Part shown: one piece after another, positions 10,892-21,759 of the stretch | Position numbering within the stretch: position 1 is the first letter of the stretch | Layout: every line of letters starts with the position of its first letter | Origin: an uncultured Chloroflexia bacterium | GTDB lineage: Bacteria; Chloroflexota; Chloroflexia; QHBQ01; JADMIH01 | Assembly (NCBI GenBank): GCA_963797095.1 | Contig: CAWCNY010000006.1 | Location: forward strand, 640,001-704,000 | Reading direction: 5' to 3' | Length of the DNA: 64,000 bases | Position numbers and translations under genes: made by a program | The notes under the pieces: generated by a model | What the model was told of the DNA's origin: nothing | The model's input: only the letters and a program-made list of their open reading frames with translations | Databases searched by the model: none

Positions 10892-11046
10892 CACATTGGC
10901 TCCCGCCATTTGCAATCTTCATTGCGATAAAGGCGGGAGCCTTGCACGTTAATGATACCGTGGACCTACCGAGATAGCAATGCCACCAGAGAGCCATTCC
11001 ATCCTGGTCTGGCGACAAAAGACCTCCAGATCGGGGCTTTTACCCA

Positions 11047-11075
11047 TTGACTATTTAGTACATTTGTGCTATTAT
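11047..11075 (+). promoter_or_regulatory. Promoter with overlapping imperfect palindrome (LexA-like)
   Basis: TTGACT-N17-TATTAT; AGTACATTTGTGCT at 11057-11070. Confidence 0.6.
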
Positions 11076-11146
11076 GGAGTTACCGTCTCACTACCCCGAC
11101 CAACTTGTAGCACCCCAATTCCTTATCAACCTGGAGGACAAATCTC

Positions 11147-11512
11147 GTGGTAAATCCTATTGTGCATGTGGAAATTCCGGCAATCGATCCGGCATCGGCA
11201 GCGCAGTTCTATTCCGATATTTTTGGTTGGTCGATCATCAAGGACGATCAATTCAATTATCACATGTTCCGGGCCGAAGGCGGCCCCGGAGGCGGCTTCA
11301 CCACGGTAGGTCAGTACGGTACCGAAGTCGGCGATGTGCTCGTTTACATGGGCACCGACGACATTGACGGCACATTGGCAAAGATCGAAGCGGCAGGCGG
11401 CAAGGTCGTCTCCGCCAAGCAGGAGATCCCCGGCACCGGTTGGTTTGCCGTCTTCACCGACCCCACCGGCAATAAGCTTGCCCTCTATACGCCAGTGGAG
11501 AGGCAGAGCTAA
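11147..11512 (+). CDS. VOC/glyoxalase family protein
   Basis: HVEIPA.D...AAQFYSDIFGW ... FTDPTGNKLAL; GTG start after GGAGG. Confidence 0.9.
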   Translation: MVNPIVHVEIPAIDPASAAQFYSDIFGWSIIKDDQFNYHMFRAEGGPGGGFTTVGQYGTEVGDVLVYMGTDDIDGTLAKIEAAGGKVVSAKQEIPGTGWFAVFTDPTGNKLALYTPVERQS

Positions 11513-11535
11513 TTCACTGAGCAACTTATAGTAGT

Positions 11536-11571
11536 CAGGCAGTTGGCCCGGTAGGCCAACTGCCTTTCTTT
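11536..11571 (+). terminator. Intrinsic terminator
   Basis: AGGCAGTTGGCC/GGCCAACTGCCT stem plus T-tract. Confidence 0.8.
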
Positions 11572-11631
11572 GGTCAATGTCAAAGCGTGAGAAATAGCTC
11601 TTACCGACCTCACGAATCGCGTGCGTCGCGC

Positions 11632-11660
11632 TTGACATCCACTCATGCTTCCCGTATAAT
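11632..11660 (+). promoter_or_regulatory. rpsL promoter
   Basis: TTGACA-N17-TATAAT consensus. Confidence 0.85.
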
Positions 11661-11710
11661 GATATTCTGTGCGCAAAGTGCGCCTTTTTAGAAGTTGTTG
11701 AGGAGAACCA

Positions 11711-12142
11711 ATGCCGACGATTAATCAACTTGTGCGCAAGGGCCGCGCAACAACGAGCAAGAAGACCAAGGCTCCGGCTCTGCGCTTCATATTAAATTCA
11801 AGTACCCAGCAGGTGCGCCGTGGCAAAGGCTCGCCTCAGAAGCGCGGTGTTTGCACTCAAGTGCGTACCATGACCCCCAAGAAGCCCAACTCGGCCCTCC
11901 GCAAGATCGCCCGCGTTCGCCTCTCGAATGGCATGGAAGTCACCGCCTATATTCCCGGTGAAGGCCACAACTTGCAGGAGCACTCGGTAGTGCTTATCCG
12001 CGGTGGTCGTGTCAAGGACTTGCCTGGCGTGCGCTATCACATCATTCGTGGCACGCTTGACGCACAGGGCGTCAAGGATCGCAAGCGCGGTCGCTCCAAG
12101 TATGGAGCCAAAAACCCGGCCAAGGCCAAGAAGGGTAGATAA
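11711..12142 (+). CDS. rpsL: 30S ribosomal protein S12
   Basis: [32 protein letters not shown]. Confidence 0.99.
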   Translation: MPTINQLVRKGRATTSKKTKAPALRFILNSSTQQVRRGKGSPQKRGVCTQVRTMTPKKPNSALRKIARVRLSNGMEVTAYIPGEGHNLQEHSVVLIRGGRVKDLPGVRYHIIRGTLDAQGVKDRKRGRSKYGAKNPAKAKKGR

Positions 12143-12147
12143 TATTC

Positions 12148-12186
12148 GTTAGTCTGTTGTCGAATACCCGCATGACAACTGACAAC
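12148..12186. repeat. Heptamer inverted-repeat element (GTTGTC/TGACAAC family), short
   Basis: GTTAGTCTGTTGTC ... GACAACTGACAAC. Confidence 0.5.
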
Positions 12187-12212
12187 TCGTACACACGGAG
12201 GAATAACGGCAA

Positions 12213-12683
12213 ATGCCACGACGAGGTAGATTTGACAAGCACCCGCTCCTGCCCGATGCCCGCTACAACAGCCTGATGGTATCCAGATTCATCAACAAGC
12301 TGATGGTAAGGGGCAAGAAGGGTCTGGCCGAGAGCATTTTGTACGGAACAATCGATGAGCTTGAGCGCCGCGCCAAGCGGCCCGGCTTAGAAGTGTTCGA
12401 GCAGGCTCTGCGCAATGCCACCCCCGTGATCGAGGTCAAGCCTCGCCGCGTCGGTGGTGCGACTTACCAGGTGCCGGTCGAGATCAAGGGCGACCGTCGC
12501 CAGTCGCTCGCCATCAGGTGGATCCTCGCCGCCGCCCGCAAGCGTTCGGGCAGAAGCATGGTAGACCGCCTCTCAGCCGAACTGATGGACGCCTCCAATA
12601 ATGTGGGCACCACCATCAAGAAGAGGGAAGATACCCACAGGATGGCCGAAGCCAACAGGGCTTTCGCCCACTACAGGTTCTAA
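12213..12683 (+). CDS. rpsG: 30S ribosomal protein S7
   Basis: [23 protein letters not shown]. Confidence 0.99.
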   Translation: MPRRGRFDKHPLLPDARYNSLMVSRFINKLMVRGKKGLAESILYGTIDELERRAKRPGLEVFEQALRNATPVIEVKPRRVGGATYQVPVEIKGDRRQSLAIRWILAAARKRSGRSMVDRLSAELMDASNNVGTTIKKREDTHRMAEANRAFAHYRF

Positions 12684-12710
12684 CGAGCAACCAGAACAGC
12701 CTGACAAAGC

Positions 12711-12746
12711 AGAGAGGCGAGTTCCGAAGAACCCGCCTCTCTTGTT
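12711..12746. terminator. Terminator between convergent rpsG and Uma2 gene
   Basis: AGAGAGGCG ... CGCCTCTCT followed by TGTT. Confidence 0.7.
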
Positions 12747-12759
12747 GTGTACTGGCTTG

Positions 12760-13377
12760 CTACTCTGCGTCTAGTACCTCGCCTATACCAACAGAGAACC
12801 CATCCAAGAGTACCGAAGTGGCCATGTCGCCCCGGCGATAGACACCATGTTCGGCATATACGCCATCTGCCAGTGATAGGATTGCGCACGTCTCGGTCGT
12901 TGGATTGACAATCCAGTATTCAGGGATGAGGGCTTTGGCGTAATCTCGTCGCTTTTCTGTGATGTCACGCTCGGGGTTGTCGGGGCTGACTACCTCGATT
13001 ACCAGGTCGGCTCCCAGCCAGTAGGCGTTTTGCCGCCGGGTATCTCTACTGTCGAATAACACTAGAAGGTCCGGTTCCCGAAATCTATCCTCATAGACCC
13101 TGAGCCGGAGAGGCGCAACTCTTACGATCCCGCCTCGCGATTGCAGCAACGAATGTAGTGCGTAGAGCAGAAATTGCACGATCGCTTGATGGTGATCAGT
13201 GGGCATGGATAACACCTCGAGATTGCCGGCGGTGAATTCAATCATCTTGTTGGTGTGATTTGTAAGGCGCAAGTACTGCTCTGTAGTCCAGGTGCCTTGA
13301 ATCTCATCGAGATCGGCGATAATCTCGCCGGCACCATCAACTACTTTGAGAGTTTGAGATCGTGCTGTAGCAACCAT
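12760..13377 (-). CDS. Uma2 (DUF820) PD-(D/E)xK endonuclease family protein
   Basis: REPDLLV, ADLVIEVVSP, KRRDYA...IPEYWIVNP. Confidence 0.9.
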   Translation of the reverse strand: MVATARSQTLKVVDGAGEIIADLDEIQGTWTTEQYLRLTNHTNKMIEFTAGNLEVLSMPTDHHQAIVQFLLYALHSLLQSRGGIVRVAPLRLRVYEDRFREPDLLVLFDSRDTRRQNAYWLGADLVIEVVSPDNPERDITEKRRDYAKALIPEYWIVNPTTETCAILSLADGVYAEHGVYRRGDMATSVLLDGFSVGIGEVLDAE

Positions 13378-13553
13378 TGTGAGTTCTCCGCAGGGAATTG
13401 ATGAAGCAAAATCACATTGCTGAATCGTTCACTTGTGAGTATATCACCAGCCCATTACCCGCCGCAAACAGGCAAGCGCAACATCCGCAAATGTGGTATA
13501 ATTGTTGAGATTGCCACAAAATCAGAGCTTTATATAAGCATGGAGGGAAAGAA

Positions 13554-15629
<2,076 letters not shown>

Positions 15630-15662
15630 GTTCAGCGCTCAATGCCCAATTAGATATGAAAG

Positions 15663-15700
15663 AAGAAGACCAGGTACTGTGCACAGTACCTGGTCTTCTT
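15663..15700. terminator. Perfect 38-bp palindrome, probable terminator after fusA
   Basis: AAGAAGACCAGGTACTGTG|CACAGTACCTGGTCTTCTT. Confidence 0.7.
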
Positions 15701-15793
15701 GCATTATGCTGTAGTAAGCCCATATGGGCGCGGTAAACGCCTCGGACCTTGGGCTGGCGCGCCGTATCATAGCATCCAAGCGCTGACCGTTCT

Positions 15794-16282
15794 CTACCCC
15801 AATATTAGCGCCGCCCATCGCCGCACTATATCATGGTGCACTTCCCAGGCATCCCAGGCCGATCCACCCCATTTCCATACCGCCTTCGTATGTTCATCAC
15901 TATTTCGAGCGGCATAAACATCCATCACGGTGATATCTCCACGCGATGTAGGCGGCTCCAACCAGAAATATCTGACCCTCGACTCCATAGCCCAAGTAGG
16001 TACCATCGATGCTTGCACGGGCGGAAATCCACGCTCCAACATCAAGTAAAGCCGTATCAGATGCGCAGCTATGGCATTGATGGTTTGGGTAGAAGGGCTG
16101 CCAGGGTGTTGCACTGCATAAGCATCAACGGTAACTCGATAGGCCTGGCGGTACACGGGGTCTCTGTACTGCCTGGCCATCACATCGCCATAGGTGACCC
16201 AACAACCGGGTGAAGTATCCAAATATGTGTGTACCATGCCCGCGATATCGGGCACTTGCGCTCCACATCCAATACAGAGCAC
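15794..16282 (-). CDS. Conserved hypothetical protein (DUF5946-like)
   Basis: CIGCG...SPGCW...VDAYAVQHPG...HLIRL; start approximate. Confidence 0.65.
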   Translation of the reverse strand: MLCIGCGAQVPDIAGMVHTYLDTSPGCWVTYGDVMARQYRDPVYRQAYRVTVDAYAVQHPGSPSTQTINAIAAHLIRLYLMLERGFPPVQASMVPTWAMESRVRYFWLEPPTSRGDITVMDVYAARNSDEHTKAVWKWGGSAWDAWEVHHDIVRRWAALILG

Positions 16283-16470
16283 TCGCTTTGCCGTCCCTTC
16301 CGTGATCTTCCTCCTCTAGTTAATGTGGTCCTCTATCCGATTGCATACACAAGCAACCAGTTAGCTATGAATTGGGAGGCTGTTCACAGTTGAAGCTGGG
16401 CACGCTAAATTTCCACAGGACAACACTGTGCCATTCTCTCTAAACACGTACACGGTTCTTCCAACAACCG

Positions 16471-16704
16471 TCAAGAATACTCGGTACCGTCTCTATCTAT
16501 GACGCCCGGTACTTGCAGAGGACTGCTGTAAAATCGCGCCATAAACTCACAATGCTGTAGAGAAGTGGGGCCTTTGTGCCATGCTTCTTCGAGCTGCTTG
16601 CATAAGCGCTCCGCATCTTCACGGGTTCTGAGGCCCGGATAGCTGCCCCAGTTACCCCATACATACCTTGGCTCATCACGCTCAAATATGACCCACATAG
16701 CCAT
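16471..16704 (-). CDS. Small hypothetical protein (possibly truncated)
   Basis: ATG with GGAAGGG upstream; AT-richer region. Confidence 0.4.
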   Translation of the reverse strand: MAMWVIFERDEPRYVWGNWGSYPGLRTREDAERLCKQLEEAWHKGPTSLQHCEFMARFYSSPLQVPGVIDRDGTEYS

Positions 16705-16977
16705 CCCTTCCGCTTTTGGACTAGAACATGTAAGTTGTTGGCACTTGATGACGGATTGGACTTGTTATAGTGGAGTCCGTGCTTGTAAATAGCAATTTGT
16801 ATTCTTTAGTAGCGTAGAACTCTATACACCATCTCCAGGGTTCTATTACTAATTCCTGACTGATACATAGAATAGCATATTAACATTCCAAAATCAATAG
16901 GCATAACAGCGCTTCGAACTCTTTCTTGGGCCTGCAAGCTCTCACTCTAGAGAATATGCAGATCGCTTGCAACACGC

Positions 16978-17006
16978 TTGACACCCGCCCCTATTTCCTA
17001 TATACT
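16978..17006 (+). promoter_or_regulatory. S10 operon promoter
   Basis: TTGACA-N17-TATACT. Confidence 0.85.
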
Positions 17007-17070
17007 TATGTACTGTGCGCTTTTATGCGATGTAATAGGAAAGGGCCAGGAAAATAAAAATCAAATAAGA

Positions 17071-17194
17071 GGCGTATAACGCACGCGGGCGCGTGTGGTT
17101 ACCCTTCAAAGGTGACTACGAAAAAAGTATGGGCTCTGTTTCCATACGCCGTGCGCGGTGCGCTCAAGCGTCAGAAACAGAGCCCTTTTTGTTT
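17071..17194 (+). promoter_or_regulatory. Candidate S10 leader attenuator
   Basis: GGGCTCTGTTTC/GAAACAGAGCCC stem plus TTTTT; competing GGCGTAT/ATACGCC pairing. Confidence 0.6.
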
Positions 17195-17234
17195 GTCTTG
17201 AAGATGAAGGTCGAAAAGCAAACTACCAGGCGCG

Positions 17235-17259
17235 AATACGCAGTAAGCAGTACGCAATA
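17235..17259. repeat. Heptamer repeat, single arm (AGTACGC family)
   Basis: AATACGC AGTAAGC AGTACGC AATA. Confidence 0.6.
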
Positions 17260-17284
17260 GTACTAACTTAACAAAGGAAGATAA

Positions 17285-17593
17285 ATGGCTACCAAGCAGA
17301 AGATTCGTATAAGGCTCAAAGCGTTTGACCACAGAATTCTTGACCAGTCGGCGCAGCAGATCGTGGAGACAGCTGAGCGCACAGGTGCACTGGTGGCAGG
17401 TCCGGTACCTCTACCCACCAAGATCGAAAAGTACTCCGTCATTCGCGGTCCTTTCATCGACAAGGACTCGCAAGAGCAGTTCGAGATCCGCACCCACAAA
17501 CGTCTCATCGACATTCTGGAGCCAACCCAGAAGACGATCAACGCCCTCATGCGGCTCAACCTGCCCGCAGGCGTAGACGTCGAGATCAAGTAG
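17285..17593 (+). CDS. rpsJ: 30S ribosomal protein S10
   Basis: [27 protein letters not shown]. Confidence 0.99.
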   Translation: MATKQKIRIRLKAFDHRILDQSAQQIVETAERTGALVAGPVPLPTKIEKYSVIRGPFIDKDSQEQFEIRTHKRLIDILEPTQKTINALMRLNLPAGVDVEIK

Positions 17594-17655
17594 ACGAAAG
17601 ACAACAGACGAACGAGGAAGGAATTGCATTCGTCCACCGTCGTCAGTCCTTCGTC
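17593..17655. repeat. Heptamer inverted-repeat element (GACGAAN/NTTCGTC)
   Basis: GACGAAA GACAACA GACGAAC GAGGAAG ... ATTCGTC CACCGTC GTCAGTC CTTCGTC. Confidence 0.8.
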
Positions 17656-17750
17656 ATAATAGGGAATCTTGCCTCGGCATCTCGAAGCCGCATGTACCGG
17701 CGATGTGCGCTCGGTAAGGCAAGCGAAACTCCATAGGAGCAAGTACCGAA

Positions 17751-18386
17751 ATGATAAAGGCAATTTTAGGTAGAAAACTGGGCATGACCCAGGTATTTGA
17801 AGCGGCAGGCATCGCCACCGGGGTAACGGTGATCGAGGCCGGGCCTTGCGTTGTCACGCAGGTAAAGACCCCTGAGAAGGATGGCTACACAGGCGTGCAA
17901 CTTGGCTGGGGTGATGTTCGCGAGAACCGCCTCACCAAGTCCGAGCGCGGCCACCTTCGTAAGAAGAAGCTACCCCTGGTACGCCACCTGCGCGAAGTGT
18001 CGGTCGACCCCAACGGCGAGCTTCCTAAGCGTGGATCGCGCATCGATGTGACGATGTTCCAGGAAGGCGATTTCGTGGACGTTATCGGCACCAGCAAAGG
18101 CAAGGGTTTCGCGGGCGTAATGAAGCGCCACAACTTTCGTGGTGGCCCCCGCACACACGGCCAATCTGACCGCTCTCGCCGCCCCGGCTCCATCGGCCCC
18201 GGCTCCACGCCAGGCCGTGTGTTCAAGGGCACCCGCATGGCGGGCCGTATGGGCAACTCCCGCGTTACGGTTCAGAACCTGCGCATAGTTTCTGTCGATC
18301 CGGATCGCAATCTCCTGCTGGTCAAGGGCGCTGTCCCCGGCCCCACCGAGGGAATGTTGATCGTTCGCAAGGCAATAAAGAAGTAG
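17751..18386 (+). CDS. rplC: 50S ribosomal protein L3
   Basis: [25 protein letters not shown]. Confidence 0.99.
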   Translation: MIKAILGRKLGMTQVFEAAGIATGVTVIEAGPCVVTQVKTPEKDGYTGVQLGWGDVRENRLTKSERGHLRKKKLPLVRHLREVSVDPNGELPKRGSRIDVTMFQEGDFVDVIGTSKGKGFAGVMKRHNFRGGPRTHGQSDRSRRPGSIGPGSTPGRVFKGTRMAGRMGNSRVTVQNLRIVSVDPDRNLLLVKGAVPGPTEGMLIVRKAIKK

Positions 18387-18449
18387 CTGGCAGCATAGTA
18401 GTCAGTAGTCAGATGTTTTTCCGATTACCGACTACCTACCACCGACTAC
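18383..18449. repeat. Heptamer inverted-repeat element (GTAGTCR/CGACTAC)
   Basis: AGTAGTC AGTAGTC ... CGATTAC CGACTAC CTACCAC CGACTAC. Confidence 0.8.
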
Positions 18450-18473
18450 TTACGACGTAAGGAGTAATTAGAA

Positions 18474-19673
18474 GTGCAAGCGACAATATACAACCTGGCC
18501 GGGGAAGAGGTAGAGAAGGTTGATCTGCCTGATGCCATCTTCGGCATCGAGCCGAACGAGGGGGTTATCCATCAGGCGGTTCTCCGCCAACAGGCCAACG
18601 CCCGCCGTGGTACCCACGACACCAAGACCCGCGCCTACGTGAGCGGCGGCGGCAAGAAGCCCTGGCGTCAGAAGGGCACCGGGCGTGCTCGCCAGGGTTC
18701 CACCCGCTCTCCGCAGTGGCGGCATGGTGGCGTAGTATTCGGCCCCCACCCCCGCTCGTACGAGCAGGATATGCCCCGCAAGATGCGCCGCCTCGCTATT
18801 CGCAGCGTTCTCTCAGGCAAGATGGCCGATGGTCAGATCGTTCTTGTGGACAGCTTCCAAACCCTGGAGCCTCGTACAAAGGCTATGATCGCGGCCCTCA
18901 ACAGCCTGAATATAGGCGACAAGAAAGCCCTAATTTTCACTACTGGTGGGGAAAGCACACTTCGCCAGGCTGCCGGCAATCTGCCAAACATCAAGATGCA
19001 GAGCGCCCACCTCCTGAGTGTGGTGGACATGCTCACCCACGATTTTGTGGTTCTCCCTAAGGATGCACTCGATGTGGTGACAGGCATACTCGGCAACACG
19101 GGTGGTCGCGCTAAGCTGACGCTGAGGGCGGTTACTGCCCCGAGGACCAATGGCAAGGCCACGGAGCCTGCCAGAGTCGTTGAAGTCGCCAAGCCCAAGC
19201 CCGATGTGAAGGCCGAAGTAGCGGCGGTTGAGGAAGCGAAAGAGACGAAGGCCGAGAGCAAGCCCCGAACATCGCGTCGCAAGAGCGAGCCTGAGACATC
19301 AGCGACCGAGACCCCGGCCCCATCGATTGCAGCGGGCAAGGTGGTCATCGCAACAGTCCATTATCAGGGCGAGGAATATGTTCAACTCAGAAACGACAAT
19401 GACCTGCCCGTGGATTTAAGCGGCTGGACGCTCCGCGACAAGAATGAAGAATCGCAGAGTATGACCTTCCCGGATGGTACCGAGCTAAAGCCAGGCTCGA
19501 CCCTCAGAGTCTTTACAGAGCCGGGCCACAAACTCACATTCGATAGCAAGCGTCCCATCTGGAACGATGAAGGCGATATAGCTGCACTGTTGAACCCGGC
19601 AGGCGAGGAAGTGTCCACCTTCGCCTACGGCAAATACGCCGAGGAAAGCGAAGGCGAAGGGAGCGAGAAATAA
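18474..19673 (+). CDS. rplD: 50S ribosomal protein L4 with C-terminal lamin-tail-like (LTD) domain
   Basis: L4 motifs KPWRQKGTGRARQG, GGVVFGP (aa 1-~207); linker; EYVQLRN...VDLSGWTLRD...FP.GT.L.PG...IWNDEGD..ALLNPAGEEVS. Confidence 0.93.
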   Translation: MQATIYNLAGEEVEKVDLPDAIFGIEPNEGVIHQAVLRQQANARRGTHDTKTRAYVSGGGKKPWRQKGTGRARQGSTRSPQWRHGGVVFGPHPRSYEQDMPRKMRRLAIRSVLSGKMADGQIVLVDSFQTLEPRTKAMIAALNSLNIGDKKALIFTTGGESTLRQAAGNLPNIKMQSAHLLSVVDMLTHDFVVLPKDALDVVTGILGNTGGRAKLTLRAVTAPRTNGKATEPARVVEVAKPKPDVKAEVAAVEEAKETKAESKPRTSRRKSEPETSATETPAPSIAAGKVVIATVHYQGEEYVQLRNDNDLPVDLSGWTLRDKNEESQSMTFPDGTELKPGSTLRVFTEPGHKLTFDSKRPIWNDEGDIAALLNPAGEEVSTFAYGKYAEESEGEGSEK

Positions 19674-19963
19674 TGCCTCATATGTATGAAGTCTTGCGCC
19701 GTCCCATTATGACAGAGCGCAACACAGAACTGATGATGCAAGGCCGCTACACATTTGAGGTAGCGCCCGATGCGAACAAAATACAGATCAAAGAGGCGGT
19801 CGAGAAGGCCTTCGACGTAACGGTATTGGCGGTCAACACGCTCAACGTTCACGCCAAAGCTCGCCGCCAGCGTACCCGCCTGCGCGGTCACAAACCGGGC
19901 TGGAAGAAAGCAATCGTAACATTGGCCCCCGGCCAGAGGATCGAGATATTCGAAGGCGTCTGA
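19673..19963 (+). CDS. rplW: 50S ribosomal protein L23
   Basis: RPIMTE, ANKIQIKEAVE, WKKAIVTL; TAATG overlap with rplD. Confidence 0.98.
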   Translation: MPHMYEVLRRPIMTERNTELMMQGRYTFEVAPDANKIQIKEAVEKAFDVTVLAVNTLNVHAKARRQRTRLRGHKPGWKKAIVTLAPGQRIEIFEGV

Positions 19964-19966
19964 GCC

Positions 19967-20038
19967 ATTTTGGGTTTTAGATCTCGGATAGCGGATTGAT
20001 CCCCTAAATCCGAAATCTAAAATCCGGAATCCAAAATC
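19967..20038. repeat. Heptamer inverted-repeat element (GATTTTG/CAAAATC)
   Basis: ATTTTGG GTTTTAG ATCTCGG ATAGCGG ... CGAAATC TAAAATC CGGAATC CAAAATC. Confidence 0.85.
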
Positions 20039-20048
20039 GGAGAGAATT

Positions 20049-20903
20049 ATGCCAGTAAGAAAGTACAACCCAACCTCCCCTGGCCGCAGGATCATGAGCG
20101 TGGCGACTTTCGAGGAAATCACCAAGAAGAAGCCCGAGAAATCGCTGATCGTTGCTCAGAAGAAGTCCGGTGGGCGCAACAACACCGGGCGCATCACAAC
20201 CCGGCATCGCGGCGGTGGGCACAAGCATCACTACCGCATCATCGACTTCAAGCGCAACAAGTACAACATCCCCGGCAAGGTGGCGGCGGTCGAGTACGAC
20301 CCCAACCGCTCGGCCCGGATTGCCCTTGTCAATTACGCCGATGGCGAGAAGCGCTATATACTTATGCCAATTGGCCTCAAGGTAGGCGACACGATCATGT
20401 CGGGCGATAACGCCGATGTGCGTGTGGGCAACACCCTGCCTCTCCGCCGTATCCCACTCGGCACGCAGATCCACAATGTTGAGCTGCATATCGGCAAGGG
20501 CGGCCAGTTGGTGCGCAGCGCGGGCGGCGTGGCCCAACTTATGGCCCGCGACGACAAATACGCCCAGGTGCGCCTCCCGTCCGGTGAGGTGCGCATGATC
20601 CACGTGAACTGCATGGCTACCATAGGCCAGGTGGGCAACGTGGAGCACGAGAATATCCGAATCGGCAAGGCCGGGCGCAAGCGCTGGTTGGGCAGGCGTC
20701 CCGAAGTGCGTGGGGCAGCCATGAACCCGGTCGATCACCCGCACGGTGGTGGCGAGGGCCGAGCACCACGCGGTGGGCAGCCTCAGACCAAGTGGGGCAA
20801 GCCCGCACAGGGCTACCGCACCCGCAACAACAAGCGGACCGACAAATTTATCATACGTGGCCGACGCCGTGGGCCTCAGGCCGCAGGCAAGGGGCAGAGA
20901 TAG
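20049..20903 (+). CDS. rplB: 50S ribosomal protein L2
   Basis: [21 protein letters not shown]. Confidence 0.99.
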   Translation: MPVRKYNPTSPGRRIMSVATFEEITKKKPEKSLIVAQKKSGGRNNTGRITTRHRGGGHKHHYRIIDFKRNKYNIPGKVAAVEYDPNRSARIALVNYADGEKRYILMPIGLKVGDTIMSGDNADVRVGNTLPLRRIPLGTQIHNVELHIGKGGQLVRSAGGVAQLMARDDKYAQVRLPSGEVRMIHVNCMATIGQVGNVEHENIRIGKAGRKRWLGRRPEVRGAAMNPVDHPHGGGEGRAPRGGQPQTKWGKPAQGYRTRNNKRTDKFIIRGRRRGPQAAGKGQR

Positions 20904-20957
20904 TTCCAAGTTGCTGGTTCCTGATAAGTTACTCACCGGTAACTAGAACCAGCACCT
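20902..20957. repeat. Heptamer inverted-repeat element (GGTTCCT/AACCAG family)
   Basis: AGTTCCA AGTTGCT GGTTCCT ... AACTAG AACCAGC. Confidence 0.55.
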
Positions 20958-20972
20958 TCCAGAGGAGAAAAG

Positions 20973-21257
20973 ATGACACGTTCAGCTAAGAAGGGGCCTT
21001 TCGTAGACCATAACCTTGAGGAAAAGATCCTCAGGATGAACCAGCGGAATGAGAAGCGCGTGATCAAGACCTGGGCGCGTGCCAGCACCATCACCCCCGA
21101 CATGGTGGGCCACACACTAGGTGTGCACGACGGCAGGCGTCATATCCCCATCTATGTGACCGAGAACATGGTCGGTCACAAACTGGGCGAGTTTGCACTA
21201 ACCCGCTTCTACAAAGGCCACGGGGCCAAGACCGAGAAGGCCACGCGCTTGAAATAG
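20973..21257 (+). CDS. rpsS: 30S ribosomal protein S19
   Basis: [19 protein letters not shown]. Confidence 0.99.
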   Translation: MTRSAKKGPFVDHNLEEKILRMNQRNEKRVIKTWARASTITPDMVGHTLGVHDGRRHIPIYVTENMVGHKLGEFALTRFYKGHGAKTEKATRLK

Positions 21258-21304
21258 GGGGTCGGCAGGGGAGAGTCCCTGCACGGGGTGTGGGGTGTCC
21301 CCAC
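21257..21304 (+). repeat. G-rich double-hairpin intergenic repeat, copy 1
   Basis: GCAGGGGAGAGTCCCTGC then GTGGGGTGTCCCCAC; similar to 27457-27504. Confidence 0.6.
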
Positions 21305-21335
21305 TCTCTACCTCTACAGAGGAGATGAACAAAGA

Positions 21336-21674
21336 ATGGAAGTACGAGCAGTAGCCAAGCATATTCGCCGGTCACCCCGCAAGATTCGCCTTGTGATGGA
21401 TGCCGTGCGCGGTAAGAGCGTTGACGAGGCAGTCGCCATCCTGCGATTCCTTCCGCATACCAGCGCCGACGAAATCCTGAAAGTAATCAGGAGCGCAGCG
21501 GCCAACGCCGAAAACAATTATCAGATGGCTCCCGAAGACCTCTTCATCAAGGCCATCTACGCGGACGAGGGCCCGACCATCAAGCGCTTCCGCGCCCGCT
21601 CACGCGGTATGGCCGCCCCCATCCTCAAGCGGACCAGCCATATTACAGTTGTTGTAGAAGAGAGAGAATACTAG
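21336..21674 (+). CDS. rplV: 50S ribosomal protein L22
   Basis: SPRKIRLV, SAAANAENN, KRTSHITVVV; start ATG 21336. Confidence 0.98.
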   Translation: MEVRAVAKHIRRSPRKIRLVMDAVRGKSVDEAVAILRFLPHTSADEILKVIRSAAANAENNYQMAPEDLFIKAIYADEGPTIKRFRARSRGMAAPILKRTSHITVVVEEREY

Positions 21675-21678
21675 TAGA

Positions 21679-21748
21679 ATTATGGATTTCCGATTGCGGA
21701 TTTGCCATACTAAATCCGAAATCTAAGATCCGAAATCCGCAATCCGAA
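21679..21748. repeat. Heptamer inverted-repeat element (GATTTTG/CAAAATC family)
   Basis: ATTATGG ATTTCCG ATTGCGG ... CGAAATC TAAGATC CGAAATC CGCAATC. Confidence 0.85.
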
Positions 21749-21759
21749 CAGGGGGAACC

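Noticed and set aside
10818-10945. tRNA-Pro as an integration site for an island
   Set aside because: No integrase and no duplicated tRNA 3' end seen in the window
16400-16473. Selenocysteine read-through of the TGA in the small ORF
   Set aside because: No recognisable SECIS or redox motif; a nonsense mutation or true stop is simpler
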